Origin: an uncultured Actinomycetota bacterium
GTDB taxonomy: Bacteria > Actinomycetota > Actinomycetes > Actinomycetales > CAVURS01
DNA length: 64,000 nt
Reading direction: 5' to 3'
Assembly: GCA_963743975.1 (NCBI GenBank)
Contig: CAVURS010000005.1
Coordinates: 497,351 to 561,350 of the forward strand
Shown: positions 52,063 to 61,725 of the stretch, in pieces
Layout: each line of letters opens with the position of its first letter
Numbering within the stretch: the stretch's first letter is position 1
Made by a program: the position numbers and the translations under genes
The notes under the pieces: generated by a model
What the model saw: only the letters and a program-made list of their open reading frames with translations
The model's database searches: none
What the model was told of the DNA's origin: nothing

Positions 52063-52442
52063 CGCCGGCGCCACGGCAGGGAGCTGCGCTGCCAGCCGCC
52101 GGCTCCTTCGAAGCCTTCGAGCACGTTGTACGCCGGCCCGATGCCGGCCGCGGTCGCGGCGTGGGCCGCGGCCACGCTGCGGACGCCCGAACGGCAGAGC
52201 ATCACGACCTCCGCCCCCTCGGGCACGGCCGCAGCGAGCTCGGCCAGGAAGTCGGGGTTGGGCTCGCGCCGCGGGCCGCGCTGCCACTCGAGGAACACCA
52301 CGTCCTTGCCGGCGTCGGCCAGGTCGGGGACGCCGACCTGGTCCCACTCCTCCTGGGTCCGCACGTCTACGAGCACGACGTCGGACCGCTCGCGCAGGCG
52401 CTCGTACGCCTCGGCCGGCGTGAGGTCCCCCGCGTAGCTCAC
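52059..52442 (-). CDS. Rhodanese-like sulfurtransferase
   Basis: SYAGDLTP, LVDVRTQEEW, active-site loop CRSGVRS and YNVLEGFEG. Confidence 0.92.
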   Translation of the reverse strand: MSYAGDLTPAEAYERLRERSDVVLVDVRTQEEWDQVGVPDLADAGKDVVFLEWQRGPRREPNPDFLAELAAAVPEGAEVVMLCRSGVRSVAAAHAATAAGIGPAYNVLEGFEGAGGWQRSSLPWRRR

Positions 52443-53155
52443 GAGCCGAAGCCCAGCACGCGCGGGTCGACCAGGGCCTGCGCCACGACGACGCGCTCCC
52501 CCTCGATGGCGATCGCCGGGTTGCCGTGCAGCTGGTACCCGTCGGCGAGCGCCGCGCTCACCCGGTCGCAGAACGCGGCGTCGTCGGGGCCGGTGAGCAG
52601 GCGGTACGCCGGCCGCGGGCTGGTGTCGACGGGTGCGGGTTCGATCGTCTCGCTCATGGGCGCGGTGCTCTCCTTCGACTCCGGCTCGGACGGCGGCTCG
52701 GTCGCTCCAGCGTAGGCAGGCCGGGTCCGCTGCCACTCCTTGCCTCGGGCGGCCAGGTCCATCGCCGCGTTGGCCAGGCGGTCCGCGGCGGCGTTCAGCG
52801 CCCTCGGTACCCACTCGTACCGCACCTGCTCGGCGGGCAGCACGGCGCGGGCCTCGAGCGCCAGCCGGCGCATGTCCTCGTGCTTGATCTTCCAGCGGCC
52901 GGACATCTGCTCCACCACGAGCTTGGAGTCCATCCGCACCTCGACGTCGGCGGTGGGGTCGATGGCCCGGGCCATGAGCAGCCCCGAGACCAGCCCGGAG
53001 TACTCGGCCACGTTGTTGGTCGTGGACCCGAGGTACCGCGCGTCCTCGTCCAGCAGCTCGCCGGTGTCGGCATCCCGGACGAGCGCGCCGTACGCCGCCG
53101 GACCGGGATTGCCGCGCGACCCGCCGTCGGCCTCGACGAGCAGCCGGCGGCTCAC
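52439..53155 (-). CDS. RNase HI domain fused to a C-terminal DUF1737-like domain
   Basis: EADGGSRGNPGPA, TNNVAEYSG, MDSKLVVEQMSG, WVPRALNAAAD, then YRLLTGPDDAAFCDRVSAALADGYQLHGNP...VAQALV. Confidence 0.88.
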   Translation of the reverse strand: MSRRLLVEADGGSRGNPGPAAYGALVRDADTGELLDEDARYLGSTTNNVAEYSGLVSGLLMARAIDPTADVEVRMDSKLVVEQMSGRWKIKHEDMRRLALEARAVLPAEQVRYEWVPRALNAAADRLANAAMDLAARGKEWQRTRPAYAGATEPPSEPESKESTAPMSETIEPAPVDTSPRPAYRLLTGPDDAAFCDRVSAALADGYQLHGNPAIAIEGERVVVAQALVDPRVLGFGS

Positions 53156-53892
53156 AGCCCGGACTCGGGCACGCGGACCAGGATCCGGCGGCACTCCTCA
53201 CAACGCAGGACCTCGTCCTCGGGAGCGTTGCGGATGCGGGCCAGGTCGGTCGGGGTGAGCTCCAGCCGGCAGCCCTCGCACCGTCCTTGGTGCAGCTTGG
53301 CCGCGCCGACGCCGGAGCTGTTGGCCCGGATCTTCTCGTAGAGCGCGACCAGCTCGGCCGGCAGCCGGCCGGTGAGGTCGTCGCGGCCGGCCTGCGCGGC
53401 CGTCCTCTCCTCGTCGAGCGCCGCCAGCGCCGCGTCGCGGTCGGCGACGAGGGTGGCGAGCCGGTCGGCCACCGAGTCCTGCTCGGCGCGCAGCGAGGCG
53501 GCCCGCTCGGTGGCGGACTCCAGCCGCTCCATGACCTCGAGCTCGACGTCCTCGAGGTCACTCTGCCGCCGGGCCAGCGTGGCCAGCTCGTGCTGGAGGT
53601 GCTCCAGGTCCTTGTGCGAGGCCTGTCCGGAGTCCAGCCGTCCCTGGTCGCGTGCGGCCCGCTGCCGGACCAGCTCGACGTCACCCTCGGCCTTGACCAG
53701 CTCGCGGCCGATGTCGGTCTGCTCGGTCTCGGCGACGACGATGTCGTCGCGCAGCCGGCTGAGGTGCTGCTCGAGCTCGGCGACCTGCGCATGCTGCGGG
53801 AGCGTGGCGCGCCGGTGGGCGATCTGGTCGATCCGGGTGTCCAGGCCTTGCAGGTCGAGCAGGAGCCGCTGGTCGCTGGGCGAGGCGTTCAG
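53152..53892 (-). CDS. Coiled-coil / C4 zinc-ribbon protein (Rv2229c-like), probable CTG start
   Basis: NASPSDQRLLLDLQ, long coiled coil, CEGC...CEECRRILVR. Confidence 0.92.
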   Translation of the reverse strand: MNASPSDQRLLLDLQGLDTRIDQIAHRRATLPQHAQVAELEQHLSRLRDDIVVAETEQTDIGRELVKAEGDVELVRQRAARDQGRLDSGQASHKDLEHLQHELATLARRQSDLEDVELEVMERLESATERAASLRAEQDSVADRLATLVADRDAALAALDEERTAAQAGRDDLTGRLPAELVALYEKIRANSSGVGAAKLHQGRCEGCRLELTPTDLARIRNAPEDEVLRCEECRRILVRVPESGL

Positions 53893-54779
53893 GCCGGTCC
53901 TCCTCGGCTGGGGACGTGCATGGTCCACGGGTCGGTCCGCGTCGTCGACACGCGTACCTCCACCGTAGTCTGCACGCTTCCCAGCGCGGAGATCACCCGG
54001 TCCGCGCAGCCGGCCAGCCACGGCCACTCGCTGGCCCAGTGCGAGACGTCGACCAGCCACGGCGGCCCGTCCGACTCCTCGCGGGCCTCCAGCGCGGGGT
54101 GGTGGCGCAGGTCGGCCGTGACGAACGCGTCCGCGCCGCTACGGCGTACGGCGTCGAACAGGTCGTCGCCCGCGCCTCCGCACACGGCCACCCGCCGGAC
54201 GCGACCGACCTCGGGACCGGACGCACGCACGCCCTGGACCGTCGGCGGCAGGGCGCCGGCGACGATGAGCGCCAGCTCGTGCAGGGTCACGGTCGTGGGC
54301 AGGTTCCCCACCCGGCCGATCCCGGTCGGGCCGTCGGCGTCGTCGTCGCCGCCGTCCTCGCCGTCGCCCACCAGTGGCCTCAGGTCCTCCAGGCCGATGA
54401 CCCGGGCCAGGGCGTCCGAGACGCCCGGCGCCGCGGCGTCCGCGTTCGTGTGGGCGACGAACAGCCCACACCCGGCGCCCAGCAGCTCATGGACGACCCG
54501 CCCCTTGGCAGTCGTCGCGGCCACGCCATGGACCCCACGCAGGAACAGCGGATGGTGGGTGACGAGCAGCTGGGCGCCGTACTCCTTGGCCTCCTCGACC
54601 ACCGCCAGCGTGGGGTCGATGGCGAACAGGATGCGTCGGACCGGGGTCGCCGGGTCGCCGCACACCAGCCCGACCGCGTCCCAGTCGGCGGCGGTGGCGG
54701 GCGGGTAGATCCGCTCGAGCTCGGCGACGACATCGCCGACGGTGAGCTCACCGGAGGTCTCAGGGGTCTGCACGATCAC
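53889..54779 (-). CDS. Nif3-like dinuclear metal centre protein
   Basis: WDAVGL, THHPL, HTNAD, GIGRVG, VCGGAG, TADLRHH and HWASE. Confidence 0.94.
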   Translation of the reverse strand: MIVQTPETSGELTVGDVVAELERIYPPATAADWDAVGLVCGDPATPVRRILFAIDPTLAVVEEAKEYGAQLLVTHHPLFLRGVHGVAATTAKGRVVHELLGAGCGLFVAHTNADAAAPGVSDALARVIGLEDLRPLVGDGEDGGDDDADGPTGIGRVGNLPTTVTLHELALIVAGALPPTVQGVRASGPEVGRVRRVAVCGGAGDDLFDAVRRSGADAFVTADLRHHPALEAREESDGPPWLVDVSHWASEWPWLAGCADRVISALGSVQTTVEVRVSTTRTDPWTMHVPSRGGPA

Positions 54780-55040
54780 GCACCGTAGAACACTGAATGC
54801 GTGAAGTCACGATTACAGCCACCGTGTCGTCCACGCCCGGGGGCGGGCAGCCCAGCTGTCGGGCCGCGCACGGACACCTGCCAATCTGCCGGCCGGTCCG
54901 GATCGCTCCGGGCAGGGGGGCCGAGACGAAGGCTGTTCGGCCGTCAATCTGGCACCCGGGCCTTGCAATCTGCTGAACGATGGCGCCGCCTTGCGGACCG
55001 TGATTATCTGAGCACGGCTTGTAGGCAGGGGAGCACGGAC

Positions 55041-55634
55041 ATGTCACGTCACACACCCATCGGGATCCCACGGGCAGTCGCCGTCACCGGACTCACCGCC
55101 GCCCTCGTCTCCGGGACGACCATCCAGCCCGCCGGTGCCGCCGTCAGCGACCGACCGGACCTGGCGGCCCGCTTCGTGGCCGCCGTCAGCGCCGAGCGCG
55201 CGGCCAACCACCGGCCGCGGCTGTCGGTCAGCCAGCGACTGACCGCGGTCGCCCGGCGCTGGGCCGCCCGGATGGCGGCGCGCAACCTCCTGGCCCACGA
55301 TCCCGGTCTGGCCGGGCAGGTGCGGGGGTGGCACTACCTCGGCGAGAACGTCGGCGTCGGGCCCTCCGTCGCCAGCCTCGCCGCGGCCTTCTGGGCTTCG
55401 CCCGAACACCGCTCGAACATCCTCGACCGGCACTACACCGAGGTCGGCGTGGCTGTCGTCGAGGTGGACGGCAGGCTCTGGGTGGCCCAGGAGTACGAAC
55501 GGCCGTACGACGAGGGCAACCGCTCGGCAGTGACCGCCGGAGCTCCCGGGAACCGGCGCTCGAGCCTGCGGCCGACCCGGAACGCCCGGGCGCGGGGTCT
55601 CCTGCCACCCAGCCGCTGCCCGCTGGCGATGTGA
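55041..55634 (+). CDS. Secreted CAP (SCP) domain protein
   Basis: Signal peptide ending AGA, then GENVG, SPEHRSNIL and YTEVGVAV; SD GGAG. Confidence 0.88.
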   Translation: MSRHTPIGIPRAVAVTGLTAALVSGTTIQPAGAAVSDRPDLAARFVAAVSAERAANHRPRLSVSQRLTAVARRWAARMAARNLLAHDPGLAGQVRGWHYLGENVGVGPSVASLAAAFWASPEHRSNILDRHYTEVGVAVVEVDGRLWVAQEYERPYDEGNRSAVTAGAPGNRRSSLRPTRNARARGLLPPSRCPLAM

Positions 55635-55711
55635 CCGGCGGGCGCCTGCGTCACCGACGACTGCGCACCCGGGTGATCTGCCGAAAGTCCACGGGTGTGG
55701 TCGTCGGCCAG

Positions 55712-56533
55712 TCAGCCGGACGCCGGGGGGATGAGCTCGGACAGGGTGCTGAACCTGACACCGACGTCCTTCCAGTGAGCCAGAGCCTGCGGTAGCGCCG
55801 CGATCTCGGTCCGGCGCCGACGGAGCAGCACCGGGTCGGGGTGCCCCACGAACGAGGATCGGCCGATGCCGTCGTGCAGATCCACGACGTCACCGGCGCC
55901 GGTCAGGGCGGTCAGATGCTGCACGACACCGGTGCTGTCCCCGTCCGCGACCTCCGTGCCGCGTTCCACCGACCACAGCGCCAGGTCCTGCGCACCGGCC
56001 GCGGCGGCGAGCAGCGTGGCCGAGGTGACCTCTCCCCGCGGCGGCCGGTACCAGCGAGGGCGCCGGCCCGTGACCGCCTCCAGGGCGTCGGCGCCCCGCA
56101 GCAGGGACTCTCGCACCTGGATCGCGCTGGACCTCGCGGCACTGCGGTGGTCATAGCTGTGGTTGGCCAGCTCGTGCCCGGCATCGCGGACCTGTCGAGC
56201 CAGGTCCGGGTGCCGCTCGACCAGGGTCCCGATCGCGAAGAACGTGGCCCGCACCTCGAACCGGGCCAGGACCGCCAGCACCTGCGCGGTGAACTGGAGC
56301 GTGGGCCCGTCGTCGAAGGTCAGGGCGACCGCACCGGCCGAGCGGGGCGCCGACCAGATCGTGCGGACCTGGCCGCGAACCTCCGCCGGCGACAGGCTCG
56401 ACGCCGGTACCGAGTCGCCGGTCGGGGCCGACCTCTCCTCGTCGGCACCCCAGGTCATCGCGCCCCCCGCCGTGCCCCCGGCCAGCACCCACGGGATCCC
56501 GGCGAGCACCGACCGTCGCGACAGCCCAGCCAT
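55712..56533 (-). CDS. Polysaccharide deacetylase (CE4/NodB) with a Tat-like signal
   Basis: SRRSVL, ALTFDDGP, ATFF, NHSYDH, YRPPRG and LHDG. Confidence 0.92.
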   Translation of the reverse strand: MAGLSRRSVLAGIPWVLAGGTAGGAMTWGADEERSAPTGDSVPASSLSPAEVRGQVRTIWSAPRSAGAVALTFDDGPTLQFTAQVLAVLARFEVRATFFAIGTLVERHPDLARQVRDAGHELANHSYDHRSAARSSAIQVRESLLRGADALEAVTGRRPRWYRPPRGEVTSATLLAAAAGAQDLALWSVERGTEVADGDSTGVVQHLTALTGAGDVVDLHDGIGRSSFVGHPDPVLLRRRRTEIAALPQALAHWKDVGVRFSTLSELIPPASG

Positions 56534-56688
56534 CCGCTCCCCCTCACCGATACCTCGGCCGGAGGGTACCGCCGCGGTACGCCGACTGGCTCGGACCGGC
56601 AGCAGAAGGGGGCACGGCGGGCTACCCTGCAGCCAACGAGGGTCGCGCCCTACGACGGCGCATCCCGGGTGGATCTGTGGAGGTCACC

Positions 56689-56889
56689 GTGAAGAGGCTC
56701 CGCTCAACGCTCTGGGCGGTACCGCGAGCGATCGGCCACGGCGTTCGCCGCGTCTTCTCCCTCATCCGCGATGACGACGACGTCCGCGAGCTCTACGGAG
56801 ACAACCCCAACGGACTCACCGACGACCAGCGTCTCGCGGCCGGCAGCATGGCGGCCGGCATCGTCAGCCCGTCCGGGCTGGGGGTCTAG
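56689..56889 (+). CDS. Small hypothetical protein
   Basis: SD GGAGG before GTG 56689; followed by a palindromic hairpin. Confidence 0.6.
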   Translation: MKRLRSTLWAVPRAIGHGVRRVFSLIRDDDDVRELYGDNPNGLTDDQRLAAGSMAAGIVSPSGLGV

Positions 56890-56897
56890 TCCGCCGC

Positions 56898-56923
56898 GCG
56901 GGTGCGGAGTACTCCGCACCCGC
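56898..56923. terminator. Perfect 26-bp palindrome between the small ORF and the tRNA 3' end
   Basis: GCGGGTGCGGAGTACTCCGCACCCGC equals its own reverse complement. Confidence 0.7.
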
Positions 56924-56930
56924 AGCTTCG

Positions 56931-57006
56931 TGGTGGGCCCGGCCGGGTTCGAACCGACGACACCCGCGGTGTAAACGCGGTGCTCTACCAGCTGAGCTAC
57001 AGGCCC
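56931..57006 (-). tRNA. tRNA-Val(TAC)
   Basis: GGGCCTGTAGCTCAGCTGGTAGAGCACCGCGTTTACACCGCGGGTGTCGTCGGTTCGAACCCGGCCGGGCCCACCA: cloverleaf, TAC anticodon, encoded CCA. Confidence 0.98.
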
Positions 57007-57013
57007 AGGTCCG

Positions 57014-57514
57014 CTACGCGGCCGCCAGAGCGGCGTGGTAGCCGGCCAGGTCGCGTGCCTGTCCGATGGCGTTGACGACGCTCCAGCGCACGACGCCGTC
57101 CGGACCCACGAGGAACGAACCCCGCGACGCGGCGCCGAGCTTGTCGTTGAACACGCCGTACGCCTGCGCCACCTCGCCGTGCGGCCAGAAGTCGGACAGC
57201 AGCGGGAACTGGTAGCCCTCGGCCTCGGCGAACGCCCGAAGCGTCTGCACGGAGTCGCAGGAGACGGCCAGCACCTGCACCGCGTCGTTCTGGAACCGGT
57301 CCAGGTCGTCGCGGATCTCGCACAGCTCCCCGGTGCAGATGCCGGAGAAGGCGAACGGGTAGAACACCACCACGACGGACTTGCGGCCACGGAACCCGCT
57401 CAACGAGATGGGCTCGCCGTGCTGGCTGCGCAAGGAGAAGTCCGGCGCGACCTGCCCCGGTTCCGGGGGCCGCGCAGCACTGTCGTCGCCCGGGCCGGCC
57501 AGTGTCTCGGTCAT
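57014..57514 (-). CDS. ahpE: Peroxiredoxin (AhpE-like)
   Basis: FYPFAFSGICTGELC and FPLLSDFWPHG; ATGA overlap with the DUF3052 gene. Confidence 0.88.
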   Translation of the reverse strand: MTETLAGPGDDSAARPPEPGQVAPDFSLRSQHGEPISLSGFRGRKSVVVVFYPFAFSGICTGELCEIRDDLDRFQNDAVQVLAVSCDSVQTLRAFAEAEGYQFPLLSDFWPHGEVAQAYGVFNDKLGAASRGSFLVGPDGVVRWSVVNAIGQARDLAGYHAALAAA

Positions 57515-57963
57515 CGGCGTCCGCCCTTGGGAGCGACCAGCCGGGTGGCGATCCAGTCCGGGCCGGCCGACAGGCTGGTCGTCGCGTGCAGGCCGGCCGT
57601 CAGGGCCGCCTCCTCGACGTCGCTGGCCTGGACGTGGCCGTCCCGTCCGCTCTTCGGGATCAGCAGGATCACCACGCCCCGTTCGGCCAGGTTGGTCAGG
57701 ACGTCCACCAGGGCGTCGACCAGGTCCCCGTCCTCGTCGCGCCACCAGAGGACGGCGACGTCGGCGACGTCGTCGCTCGCCTCGCCGTCCCCGAGCTCGG
57801 AGCCGACGGTGTCCTCGATGCCGCCCCGGAGCTGCTCGTCGACGTCGCTGTCGTAGCCGAACTCGTGGACCACCTGGCCCGGCTGCACTCCCAGCCGACC
57901 GGCCAGCCCCCCGGATCCAGGGCCAGCGGTGCTGGTCGACGAAGCCTCTGTTCCCTGCTCCAC
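57511..57963 (-). CDS. DUF3052 family protein
   Basis: EFGYDSDVD, LWWRDEDGDLVDAL and PKSGR; conserved near aceE. Confidence 0.9.
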   Translation of the reverse strand: MEQGTEASSTSTAGPGSGGLAGRLGVQPGQVVHEFGYDSDVDEQLRGGIEDTVGSELGDGEASDDVADVAVLWWRDEDGDLVDALVDVLTNLAERGVVILLIPKSGRDGHVQASDVEEAALTAGLHATTSLSAGPDWIATRLVAPKGGRR

Positions 57964-58068
57964 ACGCTGTAGTCCACTAGAGGCGGCTCACGAAGGCAAG
58001 CGCTCGGGCGCCGTGCGTGATCGGCAGGCCTACTGTTGAGGCATGCGTACGCGAGCCGGAGGCTGACC

Positions 58069-58916
58069 GTGGGACGGGTCACCGCGCGCAGTCCGGCGCT
58101 GCGGATCGAGCTCACGCCGGACGGTCCGCGGTCCACCAGCCGCCCGGACACGCTGACCGTCGAGGAGCCGCTGGAGATCCGCGTCGGAGGCCGAGCGCTC
58201 TCGGTCACGATGCGCACGCCCGGCGACGACTTCGACCTCGCGCTGGGGTTCCTGCTCACCGAGGGGCTGATCCGAGTCGGCCGACGACGTCGCCCGGCTG
58301 ATGCACTGCCTGGACAGCGGCGAGGACGGCCGCCCGACGTACAACGTCGTCGACGTGACGCTGGCCGCCGGCGTGCCGCCGCCGGACGTCTCGCTGGAGC
58401 GCTCCTTCTACACGACCTCCTCGTGCGGCGTCTGCGGCAAGGCGAGCATCGACGCGGTCCGGACGCGCGTCGCGCGTACGACGTCGCACGGCGCCCTGCC
58501 GCCGCTGTCGAGCCGGAGGTGCTGGCGGCCCTGCCCGGACTCGCTGCGCGCCGCGCAGAAGGTCTTCGACCGGACCGGCGGCCTGCACGCGGCCGGGCTG
58601 TTCACCGCCGACGGCGAGCTGCTCGTCGTGCGCGAGGACGTCGGCCGGCACAACGCCGTCGACAAGGTCGTCGGCTGGGCCGCGCGCGCAGGGGCTGCTG
58701 CCGCTGTCGCGAGAGCGTGCTGATGGTCAGCGGCCGCGCGTCGTTCGAGCTGACCCAGAAGGCGAGCATGGCCGGGATCCCCGTCCTGGCCGCGGTCTCC
58801 GCCCCCTCGCACCTGGCGGTCGAGCTGGCCGAGGAGGCGGGCTGACGCTCGTCGGCTTCCTGCGGCCGCCGACGCATGACGGTCTACGCCGGGCCAGCGC
58901 CTGGTGGCACGACTGA
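58069..58916 (+). CDS. fdhD: Formate dehydrogenase accessory sulfurtransferase; indels
   Basis: [48 protein letters not shown] and SAPS. Confidence 0.92.
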
Positions 58917-58976
58917 ACCGACACCGCTGGTGCAGGATGGACGCAACGAGGTACGGTCCGAGGGAAGGGATGGCAC

Positions 58977-61721
58977 GTGGCCGGACGTGAAGAGCTCGGT
59001 CCGATCCTCAACGGGATCCCGAGCCAGCTCCCGGACATCGACCCCGAGGAGACCCAGGAGTGGCTCGAGTCGCTCGACGGCGTCGTCGACGAGCGGGGCC
59101 GCACGCGCGCGCGCTACCTGATGCTCGAAGCTGATCCAGCGCGCCCGCGAGCGCCAGGTCGGCGTCCCGAGCGTGACGCGCGACCGACTACATCAACACG
59201 ATCCCGCCCGAGGACGAGCCGTGGTTCCCCGGTGACGAGGAGGTCGAGCGCCGCTACCGCGCCTGGCTGCGGTGGAACGCCGCGATCATGGTCCACCGCG
59301 CCCAGCGGCCCGGCATCGGTGTCGGCGGGCACATCTCGTCCTACGCCTCGTCGGCGACGCTCTACGAGGTCGGCTTCAACCACTTCTTCCGCGGCAAGGA
59401 CGCCGAGGGCGGCGGCGACCAGGTCTACATCCAGGGCCACGCCTCCCCCGGCATCTACGCTCGCGCCTACCTCGAGGGCCGGCTGACCGAGGACCAGCTG
59501 GACGGCTTCCGCCAGGAGCGTCTCGCACCCCGGTGGCGGCCTGCCGTCGTACCCGCACCCGCGGCTGATGCCGGACTTCTGGGAGTTCCCGACCGTCTCG
59601 ATGGGCCTGGGCCCGATGAACGCGATCTACCAGGCGCAGTTCAACAAGTACCTGCAGGCGCGCGGCATCAAGGACACCAGCCGAGCAGCACGTCTGGGCC
59701 TTCCTCGGCGACGGCGAGATGGACGAGCCGGAGAGCCGTGGCCTGCTGCACGTGGCGGCGTTCGAGGAGCTCGACAACCTGACGTTCGTCATCAACTGCA
59801 ACCTGCAGCGGCTCGACGGGCCGGTCCGCGGCAACGGCAAGATCATCCAGGAGCTCGAGGCCGAGTTCCGCGGCGCGGGCTGGAACGTCATCAAGGTCGA
59901 TCTGGGGCCGCGAGTGGGACCCGTTGCTGGCGGCCGACCGCGACGGCGCCCTCGTCCACCTGATGAACTCCACGCCGGACGGCGACTACCAGACCTTCCG
60001 GGCCAACGACGGCGCGTACATCAAGGAGCACTTCTTCGGGCGTGACCCGCGCACCGCGCAAGATGGTCGAGAACATGAGCGACCACGACGTGTGGCGGCT
60101 CAAGCGCGGCGGTCACGACTACCGGAAGGTCTACGCGGCGTACAAGTCGGCGATGGAGCACACCGGCCAGCCGACCGTGATCCTGGCCCAGACCATCAAG
60201 GGCTACGGCCTCGGCCCGCACTTCGCCGGCCGCAACGCCACCCACCAGATGAAGAAGCTGACGCCGGAGGACCTGCACCTGCTCCGGGACAGCCTCAAGA
60301 TCCCGATCAGCGACGAGGACCTGGACCGCGACCCCTACCAGCCGCCGTACTACCGGCCGGACGACGACGACGAGACGCTGCGCTACCTGCGCGACCGGCG
60401 CTCGCGGCTCGGCGGCGGCGTCCCCTCCCGGCGGGTGGGCGGCACGTCGCTGAAGCTGCCCGAGGACTCGGCGTACGAGGTGACCCGCCGCGGCTCGGGC
60501 AAGCAGCAGGTGGCGACGACCATGGCGTTCGTACGGCTGCTGCGAGATCTGATGCGGGACAAGGACTTCGGGCCGCGCGTCGTGCCGATCATCCCGGACG
60601 AGGCGCGCACGTTCGGCATGGACTCGTTCTTCCCGACGGCCAAGATCTACAACCCGCACGGGCAGAAGTACCTGTCGGTCGATGCCGACCTGATGCTGGC
60701 CTACAAGGAGTCGACGTCAGGGCAGATCCTGCACGTCGGCATCAACGAGGGCGGCTCGGTTGCGGCGTTCACGGCCGCGGGGACGTCGTACGCGACGCAC
60801 GGCGAGCCGATGGTGCCGATCTACACCTTCTACTCGATGTTCGGCTTCCAGCGGACGGCCGACAGCATCTGGGCGGCCTCCGACCAGATGGCGCGCGGGT
60901 TCCTCATCGGTGCCACCGCCGGCCGGACCACCCTGACCGGCGAGGGCCTGCAGCACAGCGACGGCCACTCGCCGCTCTACGCCGCGACCAACCCGGCCGT
61001 CGTCGCCTACGACCCGGCGTACGCGTACGAGATCGGCCACATCGTCAAGGACGGCCTGCGACGCATGTACGGCGAGTCGCCGGAGAACGTCATCTACTAC
61101 CTCACCGTCTACAACGAGCCGAACGTGCAGCCGCCGCAGCCGGAGGACCTCGACGTCGAGGGCGTCCTGAGGGGCATGTACCTGCTCTCCCGCGGCCGCG
61201 ACGAGGGGCCCCGCGTGCAGCTGCTCGCCTCGCGGCGTCGGTGTGCCGTGGGCGCTGGAGGCCCAGGAGCTGCTGGCGCAGGACTTCGGGGTCGCGGCGG
61301 ACGTCTGGAGCGTCACGTCGTGGAACGAGCTGCGGCGCGACGGCCTGGACTGCGACGAGCAGGCGTTCCTGCACCCGCAGGGCGAGCAGCGCACGCCGTA
61401 CGTCACCCGGCGGCTGTCCGAGCGCCGGGCCCGGTCGTCGCCGTCAGCGACTACATGCGCCAGGTGCCGGACCAGATCCGGCAGTGGGTGCCCGGGCGAC
61501 TACGCCACGCTCGGCGCGGACGGGTTCGGCGTGTCCGACACCCGGCCCGGCGACCCGGCGGCACTTCCACATCGACGGGCCGTCGATCGCCGTCCGGGCG
61601 CTGCAGATGCTGGCTCGTCGCGGCGAGGTGGACCCGTCGGCCCCGCGCCGAGCGGCCGAGCAGTACCGGCTGCTCGACGTCACCGCCGGGCACCAGCGGG
61701 AACTCCGGCGGCGAGGCCTAG
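58977..61721 (+). CDS. aceE: Pyruvate dehydrogenase E1, homodimeric type; many indels
   Basis: [72 protein letters not shown] and YSMFGFQR. Confidence 0.96.
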
Positions 61722-61725
61722 CGGG

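Noticed and set aside
52440-52760. SAM riboswitch ahead of rhodanese-metZ
   Set aside because: The region is fully coding and no SAM-I or SAM-IV core was recognisable.
54790-55040. c-di-AMP (ydaO) riboswitch before the CAP gene
   Set aside because: Conserved ydaO segments were not found by eye; a covariance-model scan would settle it.
58977-61721. aceE (and lipB, glnE, map, metZ) as pseudogenes or programmed frameshifts
   Set aside because: Motifs are intact, the genes are housekeeping, and the indels are scattered without slippery-site patterns; sequencing error is the simpler explanation.
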